Shown: one piece after another, positions 29,850-38,791 of the stretch
How positions within the stretch are numbered: position 1 is the stretch's first letter
Layout of the letters: each line of letters opens with the position of its first letter
From: an uncultured delta proteobacterium
Lineage (GTDB): Bacteria; Myxococcota_A; UBA9160; UBA4427
Direction of reading: 5' to 3'
Length of the DNA stretch: 64,000 nt
NCBI GenBank assembly: GCA_963822965.1
Contig: CAWGJT010000005.1
Location: 1,216,001-1,280,000 of the forward strand
The notes under the pieces: generated by a model
Seen by the model: only the letters and a program-made list of their open reading frames with translations
Database searches by the model: none
What the model was told of the DNA's origin: nothing
Translations under genes and position numbers: made by a program

Positions 29850-30820
29850 TCGACGCCGACGAGCGCTCCCTGATGGAGGAGACGGTGCACGGCGCGCTTC
29901 GAGGCGCCGTCGCCGACGGGGACGATGTCGATGCGGTCCTCGAGAAGCTCGGCTGGCGCGAGATGCTCCGCGACGAGCCCGACGACGCGATCGCGATCGC
30001 CTTCGACGCACTCGGTCGGACGAACGCCGTGGCCACCGCGCTCGACGACGTGCTCGCCGCGGCACTCGGCCAGGGGCCCCGAGACGACCTCGCCGTCATG
30101 TTGCCGCAGTTCGGCGGCTGGGAGGCCCCCGGGAGAGAGGAAGGCGACTCGGGCGAGATCCACGCAGACGGGCTCGCGACGGTCCGCGCCGCTCGTGCCC
30201 GGGAGCTGCTCGTGGTCTACAGCACGGGCTCGGCGCTGCGGACGGTCGTCGTTCCGGTGGAAGCCACCGAGCTCCGGCGCATCGACGGCGTCGATCCCGA
30301 AGGAGGCCTGCACGCTGTCCGTGTGCGTGCGCGCCTCGAAGGCTCCACCTCCGTCGACTCCGAAGTCTGGTCGAAGACGCTCGCGCTCGGCCGCCGCGCG
30401 GTCTCGTACCAGACCCTCGGTAGCTGCCGGACGATGCTCGAGCTGGCCCGCATCCATGCGCTGGAGCGCGAGCAGTTCGGGGGACCGATTGCGCGCTTCC
30501 AGGCCGTGCGCCACCGCCTCGCGGAGGCGTTGGTCGCGGTCGAGGCCCTCGAGGCCGCGCTCCAGGCGGCCCGCGACGAGGGGGGGCCGGTGACGGCGTC
30601 CCTCGCCAAGGCGGTCGCCGGACGCTCGGCCCGCACGGTGGCGCGCCACGCGCAGCAGGTGCTCGCCGGCATCGGCTTCACGACCGAGCACGCCTTCCAC
30701 CACAGCCTGAAGCGCACGATGGCGCTCGAGGGGCTCTTCGGCTCGGCCGACGCGATCGTCCTCGACATCGGGCGCCGGCTCCTCGCCGAGCGCCGCGTCC
30801 CGACCCTGATCGAGCTCTGA
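29846..30820 (+). CDS. Acyl-CoA dehydrogenase, degenerate partner subunit
   Basis: REQFGGPIARFQAVRH and QVLAGIGFTTEH motifs. ATGA overlap with the upstream ACAD. Confidence 0.9.
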   Translation: MIDADERSLMEETVHGALRGAVADGDDVDAVLEKLGWREMLRDEPDDAIAIAFDALGRTNAVATALDDVLAAALGQGPRDDLAVMLPQFGGWEAPGREEGDSGEIHADGLATVRAARARELLVVYSTGSALRTVVVPVEATELRRIDGVDPEGGLHAVRVRARLEGSTSVDSEVWSKTLALGRRAVSYQTLGSCRTMLELARIHALEREQFGGPIARFQAVRHRLAEALVAVEALEAALQAARDEGGPVTASLAKAVAGRSARTVARHAQQVLAGIGFTTEHAFHHSLKRTMALEGLFGSADAIVLDIGRRLLAERRVPTLIEL

Positions 30821-30827
30821 CTACGAG

Positions 30828-31601
30828 CTAGGACCGCTTCAGGAAGCGAGCGACGTTGCTCTGCAGGTCGTCCGTCTCGAACGACTCGGCCTCGGCGGCC
30901 ATTGCGAAGTCGATGGTGGAGAGCACCGCCCGCTCGAGGTGCAGGTTCAGCACGCGCTTGGTGGCCTCCACGGCCTGGCGCGGCAGCCTTGCGATCTTGT
31001 GCGCGGCGGCGAGCGCCGACGCCAGCACCTCGTCGTCGGCGCACACGTGGTTCGCCAGGCCGATCTCCTTCGCACGCGCAGCGGGGATCTTGTCGCCGGT
31101 GAAGGCGTACTCCTTGGCGAGCAGCAGACTCGTGTGGAGTGGCCAGGTGAGCGGCCCGCCGTCGGCCGCGACCAGTCCCACGGCGACATGCGGGTCCGAG
31201 AGGTACGCCGACTCCGCCATGTAGACCACGTCCGAGAGCGCGACGACACTGCAGCCCAGCCCCACGGCTGGGCCATTCACAGCGGCCACCACCGGGACGC
31301 GGCAGCGCAGCATGTTGATCACGAGCTCCCGGCCCTCGGCGATCACGTCGTGGCGCAGCCGGCGGTCCTTCACCATGCGGTCGAGCAGGTCGAAGTCGCC
31401 GCCCGCGGAGAACGCCCGGCCCTCGCCGGTGATCACCGCGACGCGCGCGTCCGCATCGGCCGTGAGCATCGGGAACACGCGCGTGAGACCCAGGTGAAGC
31501 TCGTCGTTGACGGCGTTCAGCTGCTCGGGGCGCGAGAGCCGGACGATGCGAACGGGGCCGTCGGACTCGACGCGGACCGCGTCGGGAAGGTCGTAGGACA
31601 T
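30828..31601 (-). CDS. Enoyl-CoA hydratase/isomerase (crotonase) family
   Basis: AFSAGGD, AAVNGPAVGLG and DPHVAVGLVAADG motifs. Confidence 0.93.
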   Translation of the reverse strand: MSYDLPDAVRVESDGPVRIVRLSRPEQLNAVNDELHLGLTRVFPMLTADADARVAVITGEGRAFSAGGDFDLLDRMVKDRRLRHDVIAEGRELVINMLRCRVPVVAAVNGPAVGLGCSVVALSDVVYMAESAYLSDPHVAVGLVAADGGPLTWPLHTSLLLAKEYAFTGDKIPAARAKEIGLANHVCADDEVLASALAAAHKIARLPRQAVEATKRVLNLHLERAVLSTIDFAMAAEAESFETDDLQSNVARFLKRS

Positions 31602-31628
31602 GGGGCTCCTCTGCGGTCCTTCGCGCGC

Positions 31629-32762
31629 TCAGCCCGTGGGCAGGCCGAGGATGCGCTGGGCGATGATGTTCTTCTGGATCTGCGAGGTCCCGCCCATCAC
31701 GCTCTGGGCGCGGCTGTACAGGTAGATCTTGAGCGCGACGTCGTCGCCGGAGGTCACGGAGTTCGCCCCCGAGACCGAGAGCGCCGCGGACCCGACGTCC
31801 TGCTCGACCCAGGTCATCAGCAGCTTGTCGATGGAGCCGCCCGGACCGTGGTCGGGCCCGTCGAGGCGCTCGGACAGGCGGCGGCGCACGTGCAGGCGCA
31901 GCATCTCCGCCTGCACCCAGGCCCAGGCCACGGCTTCGCGCTGGTCGCCGTGGAAGGCGCCGGGGTCCTCGCGCACCCGGGCCTCCAGGTCCTTCACCGT
32001 CTTCTGGTAGCGCGAGACGTAGCCGACCTCGCCGGGCTCGCGCTCGTGGCTGACGATCGTCATGGCAATGCGCCAGCCCTCACCGGGGTCGCCGATCATG
32101 TTCTCGGCGGAAACGCGCGCGCCGTCGAACACCACCTGCCCGAACTCCTTGGTGATGCCATTGATCATGCGCAGCGGGTACTGCTCGACGCCGGGCTGGT
32201 CCATGGGCACGGCAAAGGCCGAGAGCCCCTTGTGCTTCGGCACGTCCGGATCGGTGCGCGCGAGGAGGAAGCACCAGTCGGCGACGTCCGAGTAGCTGGT
32301 CCAGATCTTGTGGCCGTCGAGCACGTAGTCGTCGCCGTCGCGCTTGGCGCTGGTACGCAGCGCGGCCAGGTCGGAGCCGGCGTCGGGCTCGCTGAAGCCC
32401 TGGCACCAGCGCTCTCGCCCGCTGATCAGGCCGGGCAGGAAGCGCTCCTGGATCGTCTCGCTGCCGTGGGTCGTGATGCCCTGCACGAGGTAGCCGAGGC
32501 TCGGACGCGGCGGCGCCCCCGCGGCGGCGAGCTCGTCGTCGAGGATCACGTCGAAGACGGACGGGAGCTCCTGCCCGCCGAAGCGCTTGGGCCAGGAGAG
32601 GCCGAAGAAGCCCGCGTCGTAGAGCGCAGTGTGCCACTCGGCCTGGTGCGCCCAGTACTCGTCGTCGGTGGAGGAGGCCGGCAGACGCGGGTTGTTCTCG
32701 GCGATCCAGGCGCGCAGGCGCGCGCGGAACTCCGCCTCTTCCGGCGAATCACGAAAGTCCAT
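31629..32762 (-). CDS. Acyl-CoA dehydrogenase
   Basis: WCQGFSEPDAGSD, GHKIWTS and VMGGTSQIQKNII motifs. Confidence 0.95.
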   Translation of the reverse strand: MDFRDSPEEAEFRARLRAWIAENNPRLPASSTDDEYWAHQAEWHTALYDAGFFGLSWPKRFGGQELPSVFDVILDDELAAAGAPPRPSLGYLVQGITTHGSETIQERFLPGLISGRERWCQGFSEPDAGSDLAALRTSAKRDGDDYVLDGHKIWTSYSDVADWCFLLARTDPDVPKHKGLSAFAVPMDQPGVEQYPLRMINGITKEFGQVVFDGARVSAENMIGDPGEGWRIAMTIVSHEREPGEVGYVSRYQKTVKDLEARVREDPGAFHGDQREAVAWAWVQAEMLRLHVRRRLSERLDGPDHGPGGSIDKLLMTWVEQDVGSAALSVSGANSVTSGDDVALKIYLYSRAQSVMGGTSQIQKNIIAQRILGLPTG

Positions 32763-33792
32763 GGGTCACTCCGAGGCGCGTCTCCCCGAGCTGGCGGAGC
32801 ATCTCGCCGTCGTCGCCGAACCAGCGCGAGGAGAGGAGCGCCCGGCGCAGGTAGACGTGGACCATGCAGTCCCAGGTGTTGCCGATGCCGCCGTGCACCT
32901 GCACCGCGGTCTCGCAGACGGTACGCGCCGCACGCGCGCAGTACGCCTTGGCGACGCGCCCGGCTGCGCGGGCCTGCTCGGGCGCGAGCGCGTCCACGGC
33001 CCACGCCGGGTACGCGGCCGCGCTCTGTGCGCCCTCGGCGAGCGTGTGGGCTTCAGCGAGCAGGTGCTGCACGGCCTGGAAGCTCCCGATGGCCACGCCG
33101 TACTGCTTGCGGTCCTGCGCGTAGGCGACCGAGGCGAGGGTCACCCCGCGCATGAGCCCGACGAGGTCGGCGCTGGTGAGTGCCAGACCGAGGGCGACCC
33201 ACGCGTCGAGGTCGGCGTGGGTGAGGAGTCGCGAGGGATCGGGGACCGAGAGACAGGGTGTGCCAGCAGGGACCTCCCGGACCGCGCGGGTGAGGTCGGC
33301 ACTGCCAGCGGCACTCGCGACCTCTACGGTTGCGAGTCGGTAGCCGTCGTCTTCGGGGACGAGGACGTAGGCGGTGACCGGGCCCCGAGCGGGCGCGTCG
33401 ACGGCGTGGAGGGTCGCACTGGTGGCACCGCCCGACGTGACAGCGGCATCGACCAGGTCGGCGGAGAAGGCGGCCACGGCGCCTTCCACAGGCTGCACCC
33501 CCGCGCGACGCGCGAGGTCCGCGGCCAGCACCGGGCCCGCGAACGGCACGTCGGCCACCGACTCCGCGAGCGCTTCGGCGATGAGGGCCGCTTCGACCCC
33601 GCTGGCGAGCGGAGCCCCCTCCCCCGCGTCCTCGCGCAGCTCGAGCCAGCCGGCGTCGCGCACGGCCTCGGCCAACCGCGCGCTCCGCTTCTCGTCGTCG
33701 AGCTCGGCCACGCCGCGGCACCCGAGCTCGCGGGCAAGCTGCCGGGCCGTGCGCTGGAGCTCGGCCTGCTCGGGCGTCGGGCGGGTATCCAT
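32749..33792 (-). CDS. Acyl-CoA dehydrogenase, degenerate partner subunit
   Basis: RKQYGVAIGSFQAVQH and QVHGGIGNTWD motifs. Confidence 0.9.
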   Translation of the reverse strand: MDTRPTPEQAELQRTARQLARELGCRGVAELDDEKRSARLAEAVRDAGWLELREDAGEGAPLASGVEAALIAEALAESVADVPFAGPVLAADLARRAGVQPVEGAVAAFSADLVDAAVTSGGATSATLHAVDAPARGPVTAYVLVPEDDGYRLATVEVASAAGSADLTRAVREVPAGTPCLSVPDPSRLLTHADLDAWVALGLALTSADLVGLMRGVTLASVAYAQDRKQYGVAIGSFQAVQHLLAEAHTLAEGAQSAAAYPAWAVDALAPEQARAAGRVAKAYCARAARTVCETAVQVHGGIGNTWDCMVHVYLRRALLSSRWFGDDGEMLRQLGETRLGVTHGLS

Positions 33793-33796
33793 GAGT

Positions 33797-33834
33797 GAGA
33801 ATCATATTAACATGAAATGAGAGTCGGGTTGCAA
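33797..33834 (-). promoter_or_regulatory. Promoter/operator motif copy
   Basis: Minus strand: TTGCAA-cccg-ACTCTC-atttcat-GTTAAT-atg-ATTCTC-actc-ATG(33792). Confidence 0.75.
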
Positions 33835-33886
33835 ATCCGATCCCCGGCCCCCTACCTTGGGCCGCGACGCCGCCCACGGGAGGCCC

Positions 33887-34915
33887 ATGCAACGAGATCA
33901 CGAGTACCACGCGCTCACGGTGGCCGAGGTCGTCGACGAGACCGCGGACGCTCGCTCGTTCGTCCTCGAGGTGCCCCCGGCCCTGGCCGACCGGTTCACC
34001 TACGCGGCCGGCCAGTTCTGCACCTTCCGGGCGGCGGTCGACGGCGAGTCGGTGGCGCGCTGCTACTCCATGTCGAGCTCGCCCGAGGCCGGCGACCCCC
34101 TCACCGTCACGGTGAAGCGGGTGCCGGGAGGCCGCATGTCGAACTGGATGAACGACTGGCTGGCCCCGGGCGATCCGATCGATGTGCTGGTCCCGGCCGG
34201 GCTCTTCGTGCTGCGCGCGGCCGAGACCCCGATCGTGGCCTTCGCGGGCGGCAGCGGTATCACGCCGATCCTCTCGATCGTGAAGACCGCGCTTCTCACC
34301 ACGACGCGCGAGGTCGCGCTGGTGTACGCGAACCGCGACCCGCAGAGCGTTATCTTCGCCGAGGCTATCGAGGCGCTGCGCACGAAGTGGGGCGGGCGCC
34401 TCGCGCTGCACCACCACCTCGACTCCGAGAATGGCTTCCTCGACGCCGCCGCGTGCGCCGAGCTCGTCGCCAACCGCACGGGTGGCGACTTCTACGTGTG
34501 CGGGCCCGGGCCGTTCATGGATGTCGTCGAGGTGGGACTCGCCCGGCTCGGCGTCGAAGCGGAGCGGGTCTTCATCGAGCGCTTCGAGCACTCGCTCGAG
34601 CCCGGGAGCGAAGCGCCCGCGGCCGGGGTCGCGTCCGAGACGGAGTCGCTCGTGGTCCGGATCCGCGGGCGCAAGCACGAGGTCGCCTACCAGCCCGGCG
34701 AGAGCATCCTGCACGCCGTCCGGCGCGCGGGCCTCAAGCCGCCGTCGGCGTGCGAGGCCGGGGCCTGCGGGACCTGCATGGCCCGGGTCGTCGCAGGCAA
34801 GGCAACCATGCGCGTCAACAACGCCCTCGACGCCGACGAGGTCGAGGAAGGCTACGTGCTGACCTGTCAGGCGACTCCGGCGAGCCACGAGGTCGTCGTC
34901 GACTACGAGGCTTGA
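33887..34915 (+). CDS. Ferredoxin-NAD(P) reductase with C-terminal 2Fe-2S domain (KshB/PaaE-like oxygenase reductase)
   Basis: RCYSMSS, AGGSGITP, YVCGP, FIERF and CEAGACGTC...LTCQ motifs. Confidence 0.93.
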   Translation: MQRDHEYHALTVAEVVDETADARSFVLEVPPALADRFTYAAGQFCTFRAAVDGESVARCYSMSSSPEAGDPLTVTVKRVPGGRMSNWMNDWLAPGDPIDVLVPAGLFVLRAAETPIVAFAGGSGITPILSIVKTALLTTTREVALVYANRDPQSVIFAEAIEALRTKWGGRLALHHHLDSENGFLDAAACAELVANRTGGDFYVCGPGPFMDVVEVGLARLGVEAERVFIERFEHSLEPGSEAPAAGVASETESLVVRIRGRKHEVAYQPGESILHAVRRAGLKPPSACEAGACGTCMARVVAGKATMRVNNALDADEVEEGYVLTCQATPASHEVVVDYEA

Positions 34916-34946
34916 GGGGCCGGCTCCCGCTGTCTCCGGCGCGAGC

Positions 34947-35900
34947 TCACAGCTCGGGGGCGAGCGAAGCCAGGAACTCGAGCGTGCGCCGGCGCGACTC
35001 GATGCGGGACTCGCGGTCGCGCCCGAGCGCGACCACGCGCACGGCCAGGTCCGTCGTGCCGGCGTCCTTGAACGCGCGCAGGCGCTCGCGCACGGCCGAC
35101 TCGTCGCCGGCCGCGAGGATGTCGCCTTCGCTCTTCGCGTCGCCCCGGTCGAGCAGCCGCTGGTAGTTCTCGCAGTACTCGGAGTGTCCGAGCAGCCGGT
35201 TCGCCCAGTCGCGCGCGGCGTCGACCTCGTCGTCGGGGCAGAGCGCGACAGGGACGCCGGTGACCACGCGGGGCGCGGGGCGGCCGGCCTCGGCCGCCGC
35301 CTTCGTGATGCGCGGGACGACGTGCTCCCCGACGGCTCGCTCGTCGGCCAGCCACAGGATCGTCCCGGACGCATGCTCGCCCGCGACGCGCAGCATGACG
35401 GGAGCCAGCGCGGCGAGCAGGACCGGGGTCGACTGCCAGTCGCTGACGTCCATCGGACTGTGCACGCGGAACTGGTCGTTCTCGACGTCCACGGAGCCAG
35501 GCCCTGCGAGCGCGGGGTTCAGGACCTCGAGGTAGTTGCGCATGAGGTGTGCCGGTCGCTCGTAGGGGAGGCCCAGCTGGCCGTCGATCACCCAGTCGTG
35601 TGAGACGCCGATGCCGAGCGCGAAGCGGCCCTCGCTCACGGCCTGGACCGACATCACCTCCTGGGCCATGGCGATGGGATGCCGCGTCTGGATCGGCACG
35701 ACCGCGGTCCCGAGCTCGATGCGCTCCGTCGCCTGCGCGGCCAGCGTGATGGCCACGAAGGCGTCGAAGTCGCCCGGGATCTGGGGCAGCCAGATCGAGG
35801 TGAAGCCGTCGCGCTCCGCCGCCGCCGCGTCCGCAGCCAGCTGCGCGGCCTTCTGGCGGTAGCGGCCGCGCTCCGGGCCCATCATCAAGCCAACCCGCAT
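34947..35900 (-). CDS. LLM-class oxidoreductase, probably F420-dependent (TIGR03564-like)
   Basis: IELGTAVVPIQTRHP, GRFALGIGVSH and LAALAPVMLRVAGE motifs. Confidence 0.85.
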   Translation of the reverse strand: MRVGLMMGPERGRYRQKAAQLAADAAAAERDGFTSIWLPQIPGDFDAFVAITLAAQATERIELGTAVVPIQTRHPIAMAQEVMSVQAVSEGRFALGIGVSHDWVIDGQLGLPYERPAHLMRNYLEVLNPALAGPGSVDVENDQFRVHSPMDVSDWQSTPVLLAALAPVMLRVAGEHASGTILWLADERAVGEHVVPRITKAAAEAGRPAPRVVTGVPVALCPDDEVDAARDWANRLLGHSEYCENYQRLLDRGDAKSEGDILAAGDESAVRERLRAFKDAGTTDLAVRVVALGRDRESRIESRRRTLEFLASLAPEL

Positions 35901-35955
35901 GCTCGCCGCCTCCGTTCGACCCCCGGCGGCCCACACTAGCCGCGGCCCGACGCGG

Positions 35956-35993
35956 TGGCAATTCGGTTCTCATTCTGAGAGAATCGAGATCTC
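35956..35993 (+). promoter_or_regulatory. Promoter/operator motif copy upstream of tetR
   Basis: TGGCAA-ttcg-GTTCTC-attctga-GAGAAT-cga-GATCTC. Confidence 0.75.
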
Positions 35994-36128
35994 ACCGACC
36001 CGGGGCTGCGACGGGAGGAGACCGTGGAGGTGGGAGCCCGGTTGTTCAACGGCGCGACCTCGGGCGCGCCGCCCGCTCTCCAGCGCGGGCGCGGACCCTC
36101 CGCGGTCACGCGGAGGCAAGGAGCTGCG

Positions 36129-36806
36129 ATGGCGGGAGCCGACGACGGGAAGGACGGAGACAAGAAGGGCTGGCGCCAGCGGGCGGTCGCGAAGAGCCTC
36201 TCGGCGGCGCGCACGCGCGCGGAGCAGCGCGTGCAGCGGCTTCTCACCGCGGCCTTCGAGCTGATCGACGAGAAGGGGACAGCCGAGTTCACGATCCAGG
36301 AGGTCGTCGACCGCTCGGGCCAGTCGTTGCGCGGCTTCTACCAGTACTTCGAGGGCAAGGACGAGCTGCTCTTCGCGCTGCTCGAGGAGAGCATCGAAGA
36401 GGCCCTCACAGACCTCCGCGAGGTGGCTGCGTCCGAGACCGATCCGCTCGCCCGTCTGCGCGCCTTCACGATCCGGCTGCACGAGTGGTGCGAGCCGGTC
36501 GGGGCGACGCGCAAGCGCGGCTCCCACGATCGCGTGCCGCTCTCGGAGTTCTCGATGCAGCTCGCCCTCAAGGACCCCGGGCGCCTGGCCCTGGCCATGG
36601 CACCCATCTCGGGCATGGTGACCGAGCTGCTCGAGGCTGCGATCGCGGAAGGCGTCCTCGAGGTGGCCGAGCCGCGCCGGGCCGCACTGCTGATCCAGCA
36701 GACGGTCATGTACGGCTGGTTCATGAACCGCCTCATCCCGAACCAGCGCGCACGCGTAACCGCCGAAGACGCGTGGGAGTTCTGCCTCCACGGTATCGGC
36801 GGCTGA
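36129..36806 (+). CDS. TetR/AcrR-family transcriptional regulator
   Basis: HTH FTIQEVVDRSGQSLRGFYQYFEGKDELL. AAGGAG RBS before ATG36129. Confidence 0.92.
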   Translation: MAGADDGKDGDKKGWRQRAVAKSLSAARTRAEQRVQRLLTAAFELIDEKGTAEFTIQEVVDRSGQSLRGFYQYFEGKDELLFALLEESIEEALTDLREVAASETDPLARLRAFTIRLHEWCEPVGATRKRGSHDRVPLSEFSMQLALKDPGRLALAMAPISGMVTELLEAAIAEGVLEVAEPRRAALLIQQTVMYGWFMNRLIPNQRARVTAEDAWEFCLHGIGG

Positions 36807-36847
36807 CGGGACCACGGGGGCGCGAGCACCGCGACGGAGGAGCGACC

Positions 36848-37999
36848 ATGCAGGCACTGAGAGCTACGGCGGAGATCCCCGCCGAGGCCTTGGACGCCCG
36901 TCCGGAGTCCACCTTCAAGCCCGTCCAGGCCTGGGCCTTCGCTGGAGGCGTGCTCCTGGTCTTCCAGCTCTACGTCTGGGCCAGGTGGATCACCGGGCCG
37001 TACTTCGTGGAGGTGCCCTCCGGACCCAGCGTGCCCCCGACCTGGATGCAGAACGTCCTCGTCACCTGGACCGGGGTCATCGTGCTGGGGTTCCCCGTCG
37101 CCATCTACTACTTCCTCATCAAGCCCTGGCGCCGGGAAGGGCGCATCACGAACGACGGCATGCTGTTGGGTGCGTTCGCCCTGCTGTTCTTCCAGGACCC
37201 GTTGTTGAACTACCTGAACACCTGGTGCACGTACAACTCCTGGCTCTGGAACCGGGGCTCGTGGGTGCAGGACATCCCCGGCTGGGTTTCCTGGGGCCAG
37301 CCCGGGGCGATGATGCCCGAGCCGCTCCTGATGAACGCCCCCGGCTACTCGTTCGGGGTCCTCATGTGCACGATGCTCGGATGCTGGGCGATGCGGCGCG
37401 CCAAGCTGCGGTGGCCGAACCTCGGCGTCCCCGGACTGCTCGGCGTCCTGATCGTCTTCACCTTCTTCTTCGACGTCGTGATGGAAGCGTTCTTCCTGAT
37501 GCCGATGGGCCTCTTCACCTACCCCGGCGCCATCCGGTCCCTGTCGATCTTCCCCGACACCTACCATCAGTATCCGATCTACCAGGGGCTGATGTGGGGG
37601 GCCGTCCAGGCCGGGTTCTGCTCGCTCCGCTTCTTCACGGACGACCGCGGCCGAACCTTCGCCGAGCGCGGCCTGGAACGGGTCCAGGGTGGTGCCTTCA
37701 AGAAGGAGTCCATGCGCTTCCTGGCCATCTTCGCGGCGATCAGCGTGTTCTTCTTCGCGTTCTACAACCTCCCGGCCCAGTGGCTCGCGATGCACGCCGA
37801 CCCCTGGCCGGAGGACATCCAGAAGCGCTCGTACTTCACCATGGGCATCTGCGGGGAAGGCACGGGACGGCTCTGCCCGCATCCGGCCCTTCCGATCGAC
37901 CAGGGCGAGACCTCTGCCTACATCGCTCCGGACGGCAGCGTGGTCCTCCCCGAAGGCGTCGCGCTCCCGAAGATCGTTCCCTTCGAGCGGGCGGAGTGA
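36848..37999 (+). CDS. Spirocyclase AveC-family (DUF5135-like) multi-pass membrane protein
   Basis: PWRREGRI, FFQDPLLNY...WCTYNS...NRGSW...IPGW...PEPLL and YPGA...YQYP-like motifs recall AveC homologs. About 6 predicted TM helices. Confidence 0.8.
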   Translation: MQALRATAEIPAEALDARPESTFKPVQAWAFAGGVLLVFQLYVWARWITGPYFVEVPSGPSVPPTWMQNVLVTWTGVIVLGFPVAIYYFLIKPWRREGRITNDGMLLGAFALLFFQDPLLNYLNTWCTYNSWLWNRGSWVQDIPGWVSWGQPGAMMPEPLLMNAPGYSFGVLMCTMLGCWAMRRAKLRWPNLGVPGLLGVLIVFTFFFDVVMEAFFLMPMGLFTYPGAIRSLSIFPDTYHQYPIYQGLMWGAVQAGFCSLRFFTDDRGRTFAERGLERVQGGAFKKESMRFLAIFAAISVFFFAFYNLPAQWLAMHADPWPEDIQKRSYFTMGICGEGTGRLCPHPALPIDQGETSAYIAPDGSVVLPEGVALPKIVPFERAE

Positions 38000-38000
38000 G

Positions 38001-38791
38001 ATGTCGACCGCAGAGCGCCGTACTACCGGGCAGTCGGAAACGAGGTGGAGGTGTTTCGGGCCGCGGCTCGCCGCGGCCTGCCCGTGCTGCTGAAAGGACC
38101 GACCGGCTGCGGGAAGACCCGCTTCGTGGAGGCCATGGCCCACGAGCTGGGCCGGGAGCTCATCACCGTGTCCGGTCACGAGGACCTCACCTCGGCCGAT
38201 CTGGTGGGACGGTTCCTTCTGAAGGGCGGGGAAACGACCTGGGTGGACGGGCCGTTGACCCGGGCGGTGCGGCAGGGCGCCATCTGTTACCTGGACGAGA
38301 TCGTGGAGGCGCGCCAGGACACCACGGTGGTCATCCACCCCCTCGCCGACCATCGCCGCGAGCTCCCCGTCGACCGACTCGGCATCTCGCTCCGAGCGGC
38401 GCCGGGGTTCCAGCTGGTGATCTCGTACAACCCCGGCTACCAGAGCGTCCTCAAGAACCTGAAGGAGTCGACCCGCCAACGCTTCGTGTCCATCGAGCTC
38501 GACTTCCACCCTGCCGACGTCGAGACCGAGGTGGTCGCCCATGAAGCGCGCATCGACCTGGAGACCGCGCAGACCCTCGTCAAGGTCGGAGAGGCGATCC
38601 GCCACCTCGAGGGCTCGCCCCTGCCCGAGGTGGCCTCGACCCGGACGCTGATCTCGGCCGGCGAGCTCGCCGCCGAAGGGCTCGACCTGCGCAGCGCGAT
38701 CGAGTCGGCCGTCGTCCAGACCCTCTCCGACGACCCGGATGTCGTCCGCGCGCTCGGCGAGCTCGTGGACGCCTTCGTTCCCCCGTCGTGA
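38001..38791 (+). CDS. CbbQ/NirQ/NorQ-family MoxR-type AAA+ ATPase; 1-nt frameshift at about 38018
   Basis: KGPTGCGKTRFVE (Walker A), CYLDEIVEARQD (Walker B), SYNPGYQ...STRQRF and STR. Adding one C restores the N-terminus MSTAERPYYRAVGNEVEVF. Confidence 0.93.

Noticed and set aside
22431..30065. Very long antisense or alternative-frame ORFs (e.g. 22431..25469, the N-terminal part of 26994..30065, and similar ones throughout)
   Set aside because: They are shadow ORFs of high-GC genes: Arg/Pro/Gly-rich, without motifs, and overlapping well-supported genes.
36848..37999. Avermectin-like polyketide biosynthetic cluster suggested by the AveC homolog
   Set aside because: No PKS, NRPS or ACP genes in the window, and the context is catabolic.
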